A stretch of DNA of 58,459 nt from a virus. Lineage: Duplodnaviria; Caudoviricetes. The stretch covers positions 1 through 58,459 of the IMG/VR virus record IMGVR_UViG_3300030012_001987; one strand, given 5' to 3'. The position numbers were made by a program, and so were the translations under genes. Each line of letters begins with the position of its first letter. Position 1 is the first letter of the stretch. A model generated the notes under the pieces. It was not told the DNA's origin. It did no database searches and worked only from the letters and a program-made list of their open reading frames with translations. Positions 36,462-46,222 of the stretch are shown here, piece after piece.

Positions 36462-37121
36462 ATGAATGAATATGAGAAAAAAGAAGATAAGACAAGACTG
36501 GACATAAAGGTAAGTGGTAGTAGCATGGATGAAAACAACACAGGGGTTGTACCGAGAGGACCGTATAATGAGATTGATTTGGAAGTAAAGAATCCACATT
36601 GGAAAGATAACATTAGGGAGGCTTACAAACAGATGAAGGATGATATCGTCTGGTTGTATCCTAACAATACGACTGAGACTTTCCTCAGTGTGATTTGGAA
36701 TGCATCGAAGAAGGCATTCGACATACCAAGAGAAGTACAGGTGATGGTGGATGCGAATGAGAACCTGTACATCAGTTACGGGACACCCGGTTTCGTATCC
36801 TTTGAGGGACACGAAGACGAGTTAATCAATGGCGCACCGATGAAGTTGCCCATCAAATGCTGGATACACACACATCCTTTCGGTACTGCCTTTTGGAGCA
36901 TGACCGATTGGAAATCTTTGAAAACGTGGCAACCTGTCCTAGACTCGGCTATCGTACTAGGTGACAACGAGTATCTTGCTTATGACTTGAAGACCAAGAT
37001 TGGCAAGAAGGTGTTATTCGGTTTGATGGAGCCACCGGAGACAGTGATAGACTACAAGACAGAGGAAGAGGAACTGTCTGTAATAGAAATAGATGAACAA
37101 ATAAAAAAGGAGGAGGAATGA
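36462..37121 (+). CDS. JAB/MPN (JAMM) metalloprotease
   Basis: REVQV upstream Glu and HTHPFGTAFWSMTD, an exact HxH-x7-S-x2-D motif. Confidence 0.85.
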   Translation: MNEYEKKEDKTRLDIKVSGSSMDENNTGVVPRGPYNEIDLEVKNPHWKDNIREAYKQMKDDIVWLYPNNTTETFLSVIWNASKKAFDIPREVQVMVDANENLYISYGTPGFVSFEGHEDELINGAPMKLPIKCWIHTHPFGTAFWSMTDWKSLKTWQPVLDSAIVLGDNEYLAYDLKTKIGKKVLFGLMEPPETVIDYKTEEEELSVIEIDEQIKKEEE

Positions 37122-37213
37122 AAATGAGAAGAATAACCGGAGAAAACACAAGACAAACAACGCTGGAAGAATACGGGTTTACTTTTACAAAGAAAACCGA
37201 AGAGGAGGAATAA
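37118..37213 (+). CDS. 31-aa peptide with PIP-box-like QTTLEEYGF
   Basis: Manual translation MKMRRITGENTRQTTLEEYGFTFTKKTEEEE; GGAGG SD and ATGA coupling. Confidence 0.5.
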   Translation: MKMRRITGENTRQTTLEEYGFTFTKKTEEEE

Positions 37214-37215
37214 AC

Positions 37216-37599
37216 ATGAGGAGTTTGGTAATACTACTTCTCGTATCATCCTCTCTTGCTGGATGTGCAGAGATGATACCTGACCCACCAGTTGAGGGTA
37301 ATGACCCAATCTGGACTACGGAGTATCACAACTTCACATACGAGGATACCAACAACAGTACAATGCCAGTCATCACGTTTGGTGACAATGGCACGTTGGT
37401 AGAGATATTCTCTGCTAGTGCGATACTGCACAACGAGACAGTCAACTTGACTGTTGACATGAAGCCGTTCTTCTCGGTGAACAACGTATCTTTCCAACAG
37501 GGACATGCACCCACCATGGGTGAAGTCACGTTGAGTCTGATAGAACTGAGAGGATATGACTACAACTGCACAGTTGTCTATAGGTTGTGGGAACTGTGA
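37216..37599 (+). CDS. Predicted lipoprotein
   Basis: Hydrophobic signal ending in an LAGC lipobox; several N-x-S/T sequons. Confidence 0.7.
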   Translation: MRSLVILLLVSSSLAGCAEMIPDPPVEGNDPIWTTEYHNFTYEDTNNSTMPVITFGDNGTLVEIFSASAILHNETVNLTVDMKPFFSVNNVSFQQGHAPTMGEVTLSLIELRGYDYNCTVVYRLWEL

Positions 37600-37997
37600 A
37601 ACGAGCCGTGACTGTTAGATTCCCTGCACCATTACCTGCTGAGATTCCCTGCCCGATATGTGAGGGCAACAAGTGTAAAGTTTGTAAGATGCAAGGAAGA
37701 ATCGAGGTCACGGTTGATGCCAAGGTTCCTATCCACAGACATCTGATAGTTCAGTATGTTGCTGAGAATCTCGGTGATATCTCTTTTGAACTGACTAAGC
37801 ACTTCGGTCTGGTTCCCGATGTTGAGACAGAGGATATGTTTCAAGTCGGAGATAGCACATACGAACTAGTCAAGATTAGCAGTCTAGGTGGTGTGTGTTG
37901 GGTGGCTCATAGAGTGGATGAGTTGGAGTCACCTAGATACTTCAAGTCACTGAAACAACTACAGGAATTCAAAGGAGGAATACAAGATGGACAATGA
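37587..37997 (+). CDS. Zn-finger protein (DnaJ-type CxxCxG repeats)
   Basis: CPICEGNKCKVCKMQG. Confidence 0.65.
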   Translation: MGTVKRAVTVRFPAPLPAEIPCPICEGNKCKVCKMQGRIEVTVDAKVPIHRHLIVQYVAENLGDISFELTKHFGLVPDVETEDMFQVGDSTYELVKISSLGGVCWVAHRVDELESPRYFKSLKQLQEFKGGIQDGQ

Positions 37998-38208
37998 TGA
38001 TTGGAAGATAATAGCAAGAATACAGAGAGACTCAAACAACGAAGTTATCGTGAAGAGCGGCAAGTATTGGAAGTTGGATGTAGTTGACCTGAGATGGTTC
38101 AACAACGGAAAGCCCACCAAGAAAGGACTGAGAGTGAACATGGAAGAAGCAGTGTTGCTCTCAAAGGCTCTGAATAAGATAGTGGATGATATAGATGACA
38201 CTGAGTAA
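37987..38208 (+). CDS. PC4/Sub1-like ssDNA-binding protein
   Basis: VDLRWF...KPTKKGL. Confidence 0.75.
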   Translation: MDNDDWKIIARIQRDSNNEVIVKSGKYWKLDVVDLRWFNNGKPTKKGLRVNMEEAVLLSKALNKIVDDIDDTE

Positions 38209-39724
38209 GTTCAGCAGACTGTGTGAAGTATTGGAGAAGCAGAAGCCTACGAAGAAGAGACAGACTCTATCGGAGAACCTGTCCTCCTTCTCTGATGGTG
38301 AGTTGCTTGTTCGCATACTGTGCGAGGAGTACGAATCCAATAACATCGGAGAGAAGACAGCGAGGAAGTGGATAGCCACATCCTTCGGCATCTTCGATGA
38401 GGAAGTAGCAGAGGCAGAGAGAACTTGGTCTGATATCGGAGAGGGGATGAATCAGTTCATTGGATTGGACAAGGAGGATTCTGACATCTCATTGAAGACA
38501 CTGATGAGTCTGTTGACGATGGATTGTGCTAGAAGCGATGGATATTCCTACCAGTTGTTCAAGGAATCTGTCAACAAGATGTCCGGACTAGAACTCAAGT
38601 GGTTCCTACGATACTGGTTGAGAACACCGAGAAACGGCGTATCAGTATCCACAGTGGAGAAAGCACTAGCAGATTACTTCTCTGATAAGGATGTATTGCT
38701 TTACGGTAAGTTCCACAAGGCTTCGATTGTCTATAGGTATCTCGTCAACGACCAAACCCCACCATGTACAGTTTTACATGGGGGGTTCATACCTTGCGTT
38801 TTGGCAAAGCCCTTCAATGGTAAGATTCCAGAACACTATCACCTTGATGTGAAGTATGACGGCAATAGATACCAGATACACAGGATGGATGATAGTGTCA
38901 TCATATTCAATCGAAAGGGCAATGTTGTCACTGAGCAGTATCCTGATGTGGTTGACATAGTGAAGAAGTTCAATGCGCATCAGTTCATCATTGACACTGA
39001 GATATACCCTATTGATAGCAGGGGTAGACCTGCTGAACACAAGTTGCTTGCGAAGAGAGTACATTCCAAGGACAAAGCCATGGCTGTTCGTGAGTGTCCT
39101 GTCAATCTCGCTATCTTCGATGTGTTGTATTACATGGAAGAGCCGATGATTGACAAGCCATACAAAACGAGGCTAGGTTATGTCGAGGACTTCCCAAGTG
39201 AGTACCGAGCCATATCATGGGACAACAATCACTCAATCGAAGCCGCTTACAACATAGCGATAAGTTTGGGATATGAGGGTGTTATGATAAAGGACAAGAC
39301 TACATCATACGATGTTGGTAAGAGGTCTAATACGATTCTCAAACACAAGCCAGCAAGAATAGAACTGGATGTCGTCATCACTTCTGCCAAGTATGGACAA
39401 GGCAAGAGGTCAGATGTGTTCGGTTCGTTTGGTATCTCAGTCAACGATGGTTATGGGCAGTTCACTGAGATAGGTTCAGTCGGCAGTGGGTTCTCTGATA
39501 CGGACTTGATGTTATTAACTACAGAATTGAAGAGGATTGTGGATGTGTATGATAACAACACGTTCCACTTCCTTCCTAGAGTGGTTATTGAGATAACAGC
39601 CGATTTGATAACTAGGGATGCTGATGGTAAATACTCCGTCAGGTTCCCAAGAGTAAAGAGAATCAGAAGGGACAAGTATGTATCAGACATCAACAAGATG
39701 GAAGACGTTGTAGCATTGGCATAA
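38195..39724 (+). CDS. lig: ATP-dependent DNA ligase
   Basis: KYDG, IDTE, IFDVL, EGVMIK, VGSG, RFPR motifs. Confidence 0.93.
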   Translation: MTLSKFSRLCEVLEKQKPTKKRQTLSENLSSFSDGELLVRILCEEYESNNIGEKTARKWIATSFGIFDEEVAEAERTWSDIGEGMNQFIGLDKEDSDISLKTLMSLLTMDCARSDGYSYQLFKESVNKMSGLELKWFLRYWLRTPRNGVSVSTVEKALADYFSDKDVLLYGKFHKASIVYRYLVNDQTPPCTVLHGGFIPCVLAKPFNGKIPEHYHLDVKYDGNRYQIHRMDDSVIIFNRKGNVVTEQYPDVVDIVKKFNAHQFIIDTEIYPIDSRGRPAEHKLLAKRVHSKDKAMAVRECPVNLAIFDVLYYMEEPMIDKPYKTRLGYVEDFPSEYRAISWDNNHSIEAAYNIAISLGYEGVMIKDKTTSYDVGKRSNTILKHKPARIELDVVITSAKYGQGKRSDVFGSFGISVNDGYGQFTEIGSVGSGFSDTDLMLLTTELKRIVDVYDNNTFHFLPRVVIEITADLITRDADGKYSVRFPRVKRIRRDKYVSDINKMEDVVALA

Positions 39725-39749
39725 AATATTAATACCAATTTGCAGACGA

Positions 39750-40151
39750 TTGCTTGTGTTTAACAAAGACCAACTGCAAGGCATTATGCTTGCATCTAGC
39801 ATACCAGAAGTCATTGTTGCAAGAGACAATGGTGTGAGGTTAGGTTATCGCGTTAGACTACGAATATCTTTGAGAGGACATAGCGTGTTTCTCTCAGCGA
39901 TACAACGCTCACTGTTGCAATATGAGATAGATGCTACATACAAGGAGAAGGAAAGTAAGGCTAGACCAAGGCCGATACTACTAGTCAATGGACTAGAAAA
40001 CGTAGACAAGGTTTGTGGGCAATTGATACCCGACTTGCCTTGTAACCCATTTTGGCATGTCTTCCAAGATATATTGGAGATGTGTCAGAATGGAGAACAC
40101 CTGACACAGAAGGGTCTTGACAAGATATTGGAATTGAAGGGGTTCACATGA
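39750..40151 (+). CDS. Degenerate LAGLIDADG-fold protein
   Basis: GYRVRLRISL and HLTQKGLDKILELK are typical of LAGLIDADG_1 proteins; no acidic catalytic motif; TTG start. Confidence 0.55.
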   Translation: MLVFNKDQLQGIMLASSIPEVIVARDNGVRLGYRVRLRISLRGHSVFLSAIQRSLLQYEIDATYKEKESKARPRPILLVNGLENVDKVCGQLIPDLPCNPFWHVFQDILEMCQNGEHLTQKGLDKILELKGFT

Positions 40152-40474
40152 AGTGGTGTCCACGTTGCAATCTTCGCCCTGCTTCAACAGGGGAACTATG
40201 TGGTGCATGTCATGTGACTGTTACCTTGAATAAAAAAAAGGTAGATACTATCACTGATGAAGAGATAATAGAACACCACATATTTGAGAGAGTCAAGCGT
40301 GGTTGTGTAGAGTGTGGTAACAATGACTTCGGTTATCAGGCTGGTGTGAAGGAAGAGAACAATTTGAAGTGGTATATACTTCAAGTTCACTGTGATAAGT
40401 GTGAAGCGAAGTACGAAGAAATAATGGAAGTGAGGGTTATAGATGAGCCTAATGAAAACGATGAATCAGAATAG
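40148..40474 (+). CDS. Zn-ribbon protein
   Basis: Four CxxC pairs. Confidence 0.65.
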   Translation: MKWCPRCNLRPASTGELCGACHVTVTLNKKKVDTITDEEIIEHHIFERVKRGCVECGNNDFGYQAGVKEENNLKWYILQVHCDKCEAKYEEIMEVRVIDEPNENDESE

Positions 40475-41294
40475 AGCAATAATAGTAGTAGGAAAAACAG
40501 ACACAGAGAAGATGACAAAGGCAATGACCTTTGTTTCCGATGACCCGATAGTTGTATATGCCAATGAATATGACATAACTGACAACTATTCAATTCCACC
40601 AGAGCGTGGTATCATAATCGATGAGGTGCATTACAAGGCCAACATCGAACTGATACGCAAGACGATACTGGAATACAGGGGACAAGTAGTTCTGCTATCT
40701 GACAATCAGAAGGATGTGTCCAAGAAACTACTGAGCATCTGTCAGTTGAAGAGGGCCACGAAGAAGACGATGCTTGAGGAGATTAAGGAGATAGCACCAA
40801 GGTCAGACGAACCAGTGAACTTCGACGTTGATATCTTCTCATTGATACGGGAGTATCTTCGCAACACTGACAGGGAGGAAGTCAAGGACATGCTCATGGT
40901 GAGCAAACCACCAGACATACAACTACTGTCTTGGATAGCACCAAACATACATCCCAACAAACTAGGCTTCGTTGACTTCTATGTGAAGAGAAGGTGGTCT
41001 AACGAATACTTCTACGAGATGTTAGCATACTCCCACGATGGTAGGATGCAGAGGAAGATGGTCATGCCAAAGAGAAGGGCGTATTCCACGATACCAAAGA
41101 TATGCTACAAGTTGAGACTGAGAAGAGCAGACGCTCATCTGTTGAAGGACTTGTTGAAGGATGAGCAATTCAAGGAATATGCTAAAACCAAACTAGACAA
41201 CACTGAATGTAGAATGTTGAAGTTGGGTGAGAAGAAGAGAAAGAAGCGATATGCACCAATCATTCCACAAGGGACTCTTGAGGAGTGGCTGTGA
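40443..41294 (+). CDS. Degenerate AAA+ protein, clamp-loader large-subunit-like
   Basis: Eroded Walker A, IIIDEVH Walker B, C-terminal PIP-like QGTLEEWL; near the RFC small subunit. Confidence 0.55.
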   Translation: MSLMKTMNQNRAIIVVGKTDTEKMTKAMTFVSDDPIVVYANEYDITDNYSIPPERGIIIDEVHYKANIELIRKTILEYRGQVVLLSDNQKDVSKKLLSICQLKRATKKTMLEEIKEIAPRSDEPVNFDVDIFSLIREYLRNTDREEVKDMLMVSKPPDIQLLSWIAPNIHPNKLGFVDFYVKRRWSNEYFYEMLAYSHDGRMQRKMVMPKRRAYSTIPKICYKLRLRRADAHLLKDLLKDEQFKEYAKTKLDNTECRMLKLGEKKRKKRYAPIIPQGTLEEWL

Positions 41295-41551
41295 TGGCTG
41301 GACCAATAAAGCATGTATATCGCAAGAGAGCAATGATACAGTTCGGTAAAGAACAAGGAAGGAAGTTATTCAATCTAAAGGATATGAGATACTACCTGAA
41401 TAACTACATTGGTGTGAATGGTAAGATACACAAGCAGACTGGTACTACTGCCGTACAACTAACCAGTCTAATCAGAATACATCCTGATTTCAGGTTCTAC
41501 CCTAGTCAGGAGAAATGGCAGTATATAGGACAATTAGATGAGGAGGAATAA
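41294..41551 (+). CDS. Hypothetical basic protein
   Basis: ORF in the operon, TGATG-coupled. Confidence 0.55.
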   Translation: MAGPIKHVYRKRAMIQFGKEQGRKLFNLKDMRYYLNNYIGVNGKIHKQTGTTAVQLTSLIRIHPDFRFYPSQEKWQYIGQLDEEE

Positions 41552-41553
41552 GA

Positions 41554-41778
41554 ATGAGCAATAAGAAAACAGATGAAGTAATAGAGAACGTGAGTCATGC
41601 AATTGAATCTAGACAGCAGATTGCGCTGGATGCAATAGAACTCATCATGTGGATGAACAAGAAGGTTACAGAACTGCATGTTGAAGTACACAAATTCAGA
41701 AAAGAAGCAGAAGAAAAGATAAACCATTTCATGGATATATCTAGTATGATTATGGATGAGAGCAGGAGTGAGGAGTAA
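41554..41778 (+). CDS. Hypothetical helical protein
   Basis: 74 aa, GAGGAGG SD. Confidence 0.6.
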   Translation: MSNKKTDEVIENVSHAIESRQQIALDAIELIMWMNKKVTELHVEVHKFRKEAEEKINHFMDISSMIMDESRSEE

Positions 41779-42689
41779 TGTTGTGGACAGAGAAATACAG
41801 ACCAACTAAACTCATGCATGTGGTTGGACAATCCAACTTCGTGCTTGATGCAGAGCATTGGGTGACTAATCAGGAGATGCCCAATGTCCTGTTATATGGT
41901 GTAGCGGGTGTGGGTAAGACTGCCGCCGCTCTCTCACTTGCAAACGACATGCTGGGTGATGATGTCAAGGCTAACTTCTTTGAAATCAATGCATCAGATG
42001 ACAGGAAGTTGGAAACAGTCAGAACGAGAATCAAGGAGATTGCATCAACGAGCAAGATAGGCGAAGCACCATTCAAGATTATACTCCTTGATGAGATGGA
42101 TGGTATGACTAGAGATGCACAGAATGCACTCAAGAGAATCATGGAACGGTATGCTGATAATTGTAGGTTCATTATAACTTGCAACGATAGGCACAAGATT
42201 ATCCATCCTCTTATATCGAGATGCGCTAACTATTCATTCAAGAGATTGAATAACGATGCCATTAGGAATGTAATATTCGATGTACTGGAAAAGGAAAGAG
42301 TCACTCACATCAGCGAGGATGATTTGGAAATCTTCATAGGCTCCCTACATGGAGATTTGAGGAGAGGGTTGACGGAGTTACAAGCGGCTGTTTCAAGCAA
42401 GTCCAGTCTCCTCAACATGATAGACAAACAGTTGATGCCCTACACTGAATTATTAGAATTAGTAAATAACAATGAATATACGAATGCGGTGGAGAAAGTG
42501 CATAACCTACTATACGACTCAGTTGAGATGAAAGCCATATGCGTTGGTTTGCATGATACCATCATCAAGACGGATATGACTCACGGTGAAAAATTCAAAT
42601 TACTAAGGGTCGTCGGGGAAGCAGAGTGGAGGAGCAGTAGTATGACTCCAAAGGTACTCGCTTCTTGGATGATAGGACAGATGATATGA
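41778..42689 (+). CDS. rfcS: Replication factor C small subunit (clamp loader)
   Basis: LWTEKYRP, GVAGVGKT, EINASD, DEMD, SRC. Confidence 0.93.
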   Translation: MLWTEKYRPTKLMHVVGQSNFVLDAEHWVTNQEMPNVLLYGVAGVGKTAAALSLANDMLGDDVKANFFEINASDDRKLETVRTRIKEIASTSKIGEAPFKIILLDEMDGMTRDAQNALKRIMERYADNCRFIITCNDRHKIIHPLISRCANYSFKRLNNDAIRNVIFDVLEKERVTHISEDDLEIFIGSLHGDLRRGLTELQAAVSSKSSLLNMIDKQLMPYTELLELVNNNEYTNAVEKVHNLLYDSVEMKAICVGLHDTIIKTDMTHGEKFKLLRVVGEAEWRSSSMTPKVLASWMIGQMI

Positions 42690-42773
42690 GCGGAATAGAG
42701 GTCTTCTTTGCATTCGTAATAATGAGAGGGCTATACAAAATAATATTTGATAATAATAGAAGATGGAATTGAA

Positions 42774-43010
42774 ATGGTAAGAAAGATATTTGATTTTAAT
42801 AAAGATGGGAAAACAGACATAGACGACATCAAACACTTGATGTTACGCTATGAGATAATTTTGGTTGGGGGCTTGCTCCTAATCATTTTGCCCCTGCTAA
42901 AAATAGCAGGGATATGGACATTAGATTCCGATTGGTTCTGGATACTGGCAGGTGTTGTCATAAGTGCAGAGGCCATATTGGAAATCTTACAAGCAAGAAA
43001 AAAAAGGTGA
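42774..43010 (+). CDS. Small two-TM membrane protein with EF-hand-like DFNKDGKTD loop
   Basis: Two hydrophobic helices; DxNxDG. Confidence 0.6.
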   Translation: MVRKIFDFNKDGKTDIDDIKHLMLRYEIILVGGLLLIILPLLKIAGIWTLDSDWFWILAGVVISAEAILEILQARKKR

Positions 43011-43016
43011 ATAAAA

Positions 43017-44237
43017 ATGAATGATGAAATAATGAATGAGATAAATAAAGCCGCCGAACTACTCGGCATGAGCGAAGATGAGGCGTTGGCTAAGTTCAAC
43101 GATATCTGCGCTCAGAACAACCTGAATGCTAACGAGGAACCCTTGTTGGCAAAGGGACTGTGGAGACAGTACTTTAGCAGTGCTAGACTAGCACAGCAAA
43201 GACCAGCATCATCGGCAGGTGACAATGACCTGTTGAAGACTGCATTTGGTTTCTTCATATCCGTTGACGAAGCGAGGGACATGATGGCAATCCAGAGGGA
43301 TAGGATTGTAGCAGATTACTACAGGGATGCAGACACTACGTTTGACATGGGCAAGGTTGCTATCTTCACACCCATGAATGACGGTAAGTACGATGGTTCC
43401 ATGGTGAAGGATGGGGAAGTTGTGAACCGCGTATTCCCGAAACTACCTGAAAACAACGTCGAGTTGGACAGTGGTGAGTACCTAGTCCCTCTTGATGCTA
43501 CTGAGAAGTACGGCACGTATGTCAACAAGAACTATGGCAAGCCACTACCGAAGTCGGAGTTCAGGAGAGGAGGAGTGTTCATCGGAGAGGTTGCTGGTAA
43601 TCTAGGTAAATACTTCTTCAACTACAAGGGACCACACTCGGTCAACTTCAACCCGAAGACATTTGAGTTCGTGCAGTTCACATGCATCGTCAACTCAAGC
43701 AAGCCTGAGAGGATACATGGTGTCACAGATACGACTGCATCCTCACTGGTCTACAACGACGACCTACCTGATGCAATGGATGTATCAGACATATCGATAC
43801 AGGATTCCCTCATGGAACAGTCAGAAGGCAACTTCAGCCCACTGATTGACTTGGAGAGGTTTCACAGCACAGTCGGTCAGAAGGAATACAACGACAGGTT
43901 CGTGTTCACTGACGGCAGTGTGACGAGCATCAACATGACTCCTACCAAGAACGGTAACAGGATTCTGACGCTTGATGACCTGAACACCGACTTCGACTTC
44001 GACAACGATGGGTGGAGTGGAACGACATGCTGGATACCACCACACATGGACATTGACTTCGGTATTGGTTCAAACGTGGTTGTAGTGGGTAGAACCTCAC
44101 AGTCAACAGACATGGAAGGAAATCTACAGAACGTAACGATAAACGTAACAGGACTTCATGTTCTCAAGTCAAGAGGCGGTAGCCCTGACGCTATTGAGTT
44201 CAACGAGGAAGAAGAAACGGATTGGTTTTTCACATGA
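43017..44237 (+). CDS. Putative ssDNA-binding protein (RPA-like OB folds)
   Basis: C-terminal OB-like strands (GSVTSI...ILTLDD...VVVVGR); acidic-aromatic tail EEEETDWFF; replisome context. Confidence 0.65.
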   Translation: MNDEIMNEINKAAELLGMSEDEALAKFNDICAQNNLNANEEPLLAKGLWRQYFSSARLAQQRPASSAGDNDLLKTAFGFFISVDEARDMMAIQRDRIVADYYRDADTTFDMGKVAIFTPMNDGKYDGSMVKDGEVVNRVFPKLPENNVELDSGEYLVPLDATEKYGTYVNKNYGKPLPKSEFRRGGVFIGEVAGNLGKYFFNYKGPHSVNFNPKTFEFVQFTCIVNSSKPERIHGVTDTTASSLVYNDDLPDAMDVSDISIQDSLMEQSEGNFSPLIDLERFHSTVGQKEYNDRFVFTDGSVTSINMTPTKNGNRILTLDDLNTDFDFDNDGWSGTTCWIPPHMDIDFGIGSNVVVVGRTSQSTDMEGNLQNVTINVTGLHVLKSRGGSPDAIEFNEEEETDWFFT

Positions 44238-44518
44238 GCAAGGGATATTACAAATCGTATCACATCAGCAACTATCGTGATGATGACCATGTGATACATG
44301 GGGGTAGTTATTCTATCCCTGCGAGTAACGTTGATTTTGTTACTTGGAAGAAGAACCATGAGACAGGTGAGTTTTGGGTAAAACTACACACCATGTCTGG
44401 TAAGGAAGTGAGATTGAAGGTTTCATACGATGACCTCAACAGGATACTAACAACCTGTGGAAACCGTATGGTACATTATGATGAGAATGGTGATGAGAAT
44501 GGCGTGGAGTACAACTAA
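44234..44518 (+). CDS. Hypothetical protein
   Basis: ATGA-coupled ORF. Confidence 0.6.
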   Translation: MSKGYYKSYHISNYRDDDHVIHGGSYSIPASNVDFVTWKKNHETGEFWVKLHTMSGKEVRLKVSYDDLNRILTTCGNRMVHYDENGDENGVEYN

Positions 44519-45359
44519 GACGGAAGCAATAACAACGACTGAAAAAGAGAAGGGTTCCTTTGCATTGGGAAGGGAAGCGTATCTCGCTAAGAGAAAGGAA
44601 GCACAGGATAGGAACAAGAACTTCCTTTGTGTTGGTATTTGGGGTGAGGCTAAATCAGCCAAGTCCGGAGTAGCGGCAGACATCCTCACGGAAGAGGACA
44701 TAGCGAATGATATGCATGTATTCGTGTGGGACTACGACAACAGGTTCATTGACGTAAAGAGGAATCATTACGCCAACATGGAGAACCTAGTCGTGTTCAA
44801 TCCCATCGAGAGGCATCCTGACACACTGGTAGACATCGAAGCCACCAAGCACAATGCGCAGATGCATTACGAGGAGGCCATGTCGTATCTGAAAGATGGC
44901 AAACTGAAAGCGGTGATAGTAGATGGGGCCGATAAGTTCCTGACTGATGTGTGTGAGACATACATGAGAGTCAAGCACAACCTAGATGCTGACACTGTAA
45001 TCAAGCAGATGCCCTTCGTGTGGGGAGATAGGAACACTCCTTACAAGAACTTCTTGCACAAGAAGATACTAGAGATGGACTGTCACAGAATAGTGATAGC
45101 ACACTCAAAGGAGAAGTATGTGGATTCCAGTCCTGTTGGTGTGATTGCCAACTGGCATGACTCCACTGAGGACATCTTCACATCTACTATTCGGATGGAG
45201 CGCAAGATAAAGAAGAACGGACCTACCACATATGTCGCACTGATTGAGGCAAGTGCTAGTAGGCCCGAATTGATTGGTACTAGGCATACCGTTCTTACAA
45301 TACAGAATGGCAAGGTTGATTGGACTGGTCTTCCCTTCCTCAAGGAAGGGGAACTATGA
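44499..45359 (+). CDS. P-loop ATPase (RecA/AAA_24-like recombination protein)
   Basis: GEAKSAKS Walker A, VIVDG Walker B, IVIAH; adjacent to a Cas4-like nuclease. Confidence 0.7.
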   Translation: MAWSTTKTEAITTTEKEKGSFALGREAYLAKRKEAQDRNKNFLCVGIWGEAKSAKSGVAADILTEEDIANDMHVFVWDYDNRFIDVKRNHYANMENLVVFNPIERHPDTLVDIEATKHNAQMHYEEAMSYLKDGKLKAVIVDGADKFLTDVCETYMRVKHNLDADTVIKQMPFVWGDRNTPYKNFLHKKILEMDCHRIVIAHSKEKYVDSSPVGVIANWHDSTEDIFTSTIRMERKIKKNGPTTYVALIEASASRPELIGTRHTVLTIQNGKVDWTGLPFLKEGEL

Positions 45360-46222
45360 GAGAGTACACATACCAGTTCTTGCCTGAGAACTACGATAAT
45401 CCGGAATCCCCGGTTTTGAAGATAACGAAGTCTTCTTTCGGTTCCTATCAATGGTGTCCAAAGAAGTACGAGTTCAGTTATATTGAGAGGTTGCCTCAAG
45501 ACCAGACCGAGGCAATGGCAAAGGGAACGATTGTTCACAATGCTAGAGAGGACTTCTTCAATGCCTTCGACATAAAGAAGGCGGAGAACCTCTCCTACTC
45601 GGAACTCGTAAACTACAACATGAGCCTACATCCCATAGATGACTACAGTGAGATGTATGAGACAATATCCATCTTTGAGGCCAATAGGTTTCTAGAGGCC
45701 AAGGAGGAAGGGATGTTGGAGAACTTCGTACCTGCTGTCAATGAGATTATGTTTGATGCAGAGATAACGATAGATGCAGATACGACAGACAAGTATCCCC
45801 TGTCAAGGGACTACGTGGTTCATCTACAAGGAATCATTGACCGTATGTTCTATGAGGAGGGGTCTTACATTCCCATGGAATTGAAGACTGGTCTTTGGAA
45901 AGACTACAAGAAGACGATGATGAGAAAGGAGATGGCGTTCTATCAGTTGTTGTTTGAGAACTGCCCAAGAGAACTACTGGACACTCATGGGCTTGATGGT
46001 AACATACCCATCACACATTGGGGTTGGTTCTATCCTGCATCAAACTACGTGTATGTGGAACCAGCGAAGAAAGGCAGTTACACATCAGTCATCAAGGGTA
46101 TCGCACAGATGCTACACTCATATGAGCAAGGCATCTTCCCTACGAAATACTTCGCAAGAACGTGCGCGAGTTGCAGTTTCTACGGAATCTGTGATGCGGC
46201 TAACGAGGAGAGTTGGTTATGA
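45356..46222 (+). CDS. Cas4/RecB-like PD-(D/E)XK exonuclease with Fe-S cysteines
   Basis: CPKKY, GTIVH, GIIDR, ELKTG, CASCSFYGIC. Confidence 0.85.
   Translation: MREYTYQFLPENYDNPESPVLKITKSSFGSYQWCPKKYEFSYIERLPQDQTEAMAKGTIVHNAREDFFNAFDIKKAENLSYSELVNYNMSLHPIDDYSEMYETISIFEANRFLEAKEEGMLENFVPAVNEIMFDAEITIDADTTDKYPLSRDYVVHLQGIIDRMFYEEGSYIPMELKTGLWKDYKKTMMRKEMAFYQLLFENCPRELLDTHGLDGNIPITHWGWFYPASNYVYVEPAKKGSYTSVIKGIAQMLHSYEQGIFPTKYFARTCASCSFYGICDAANEESWL

Noticed and set aside
45356-46222. Cas4-like gene as evidence of a CRISPR-Cas system
   Set aside because: Stand-alone, between an ATPase and PCNA; typical viral recombination nuclease
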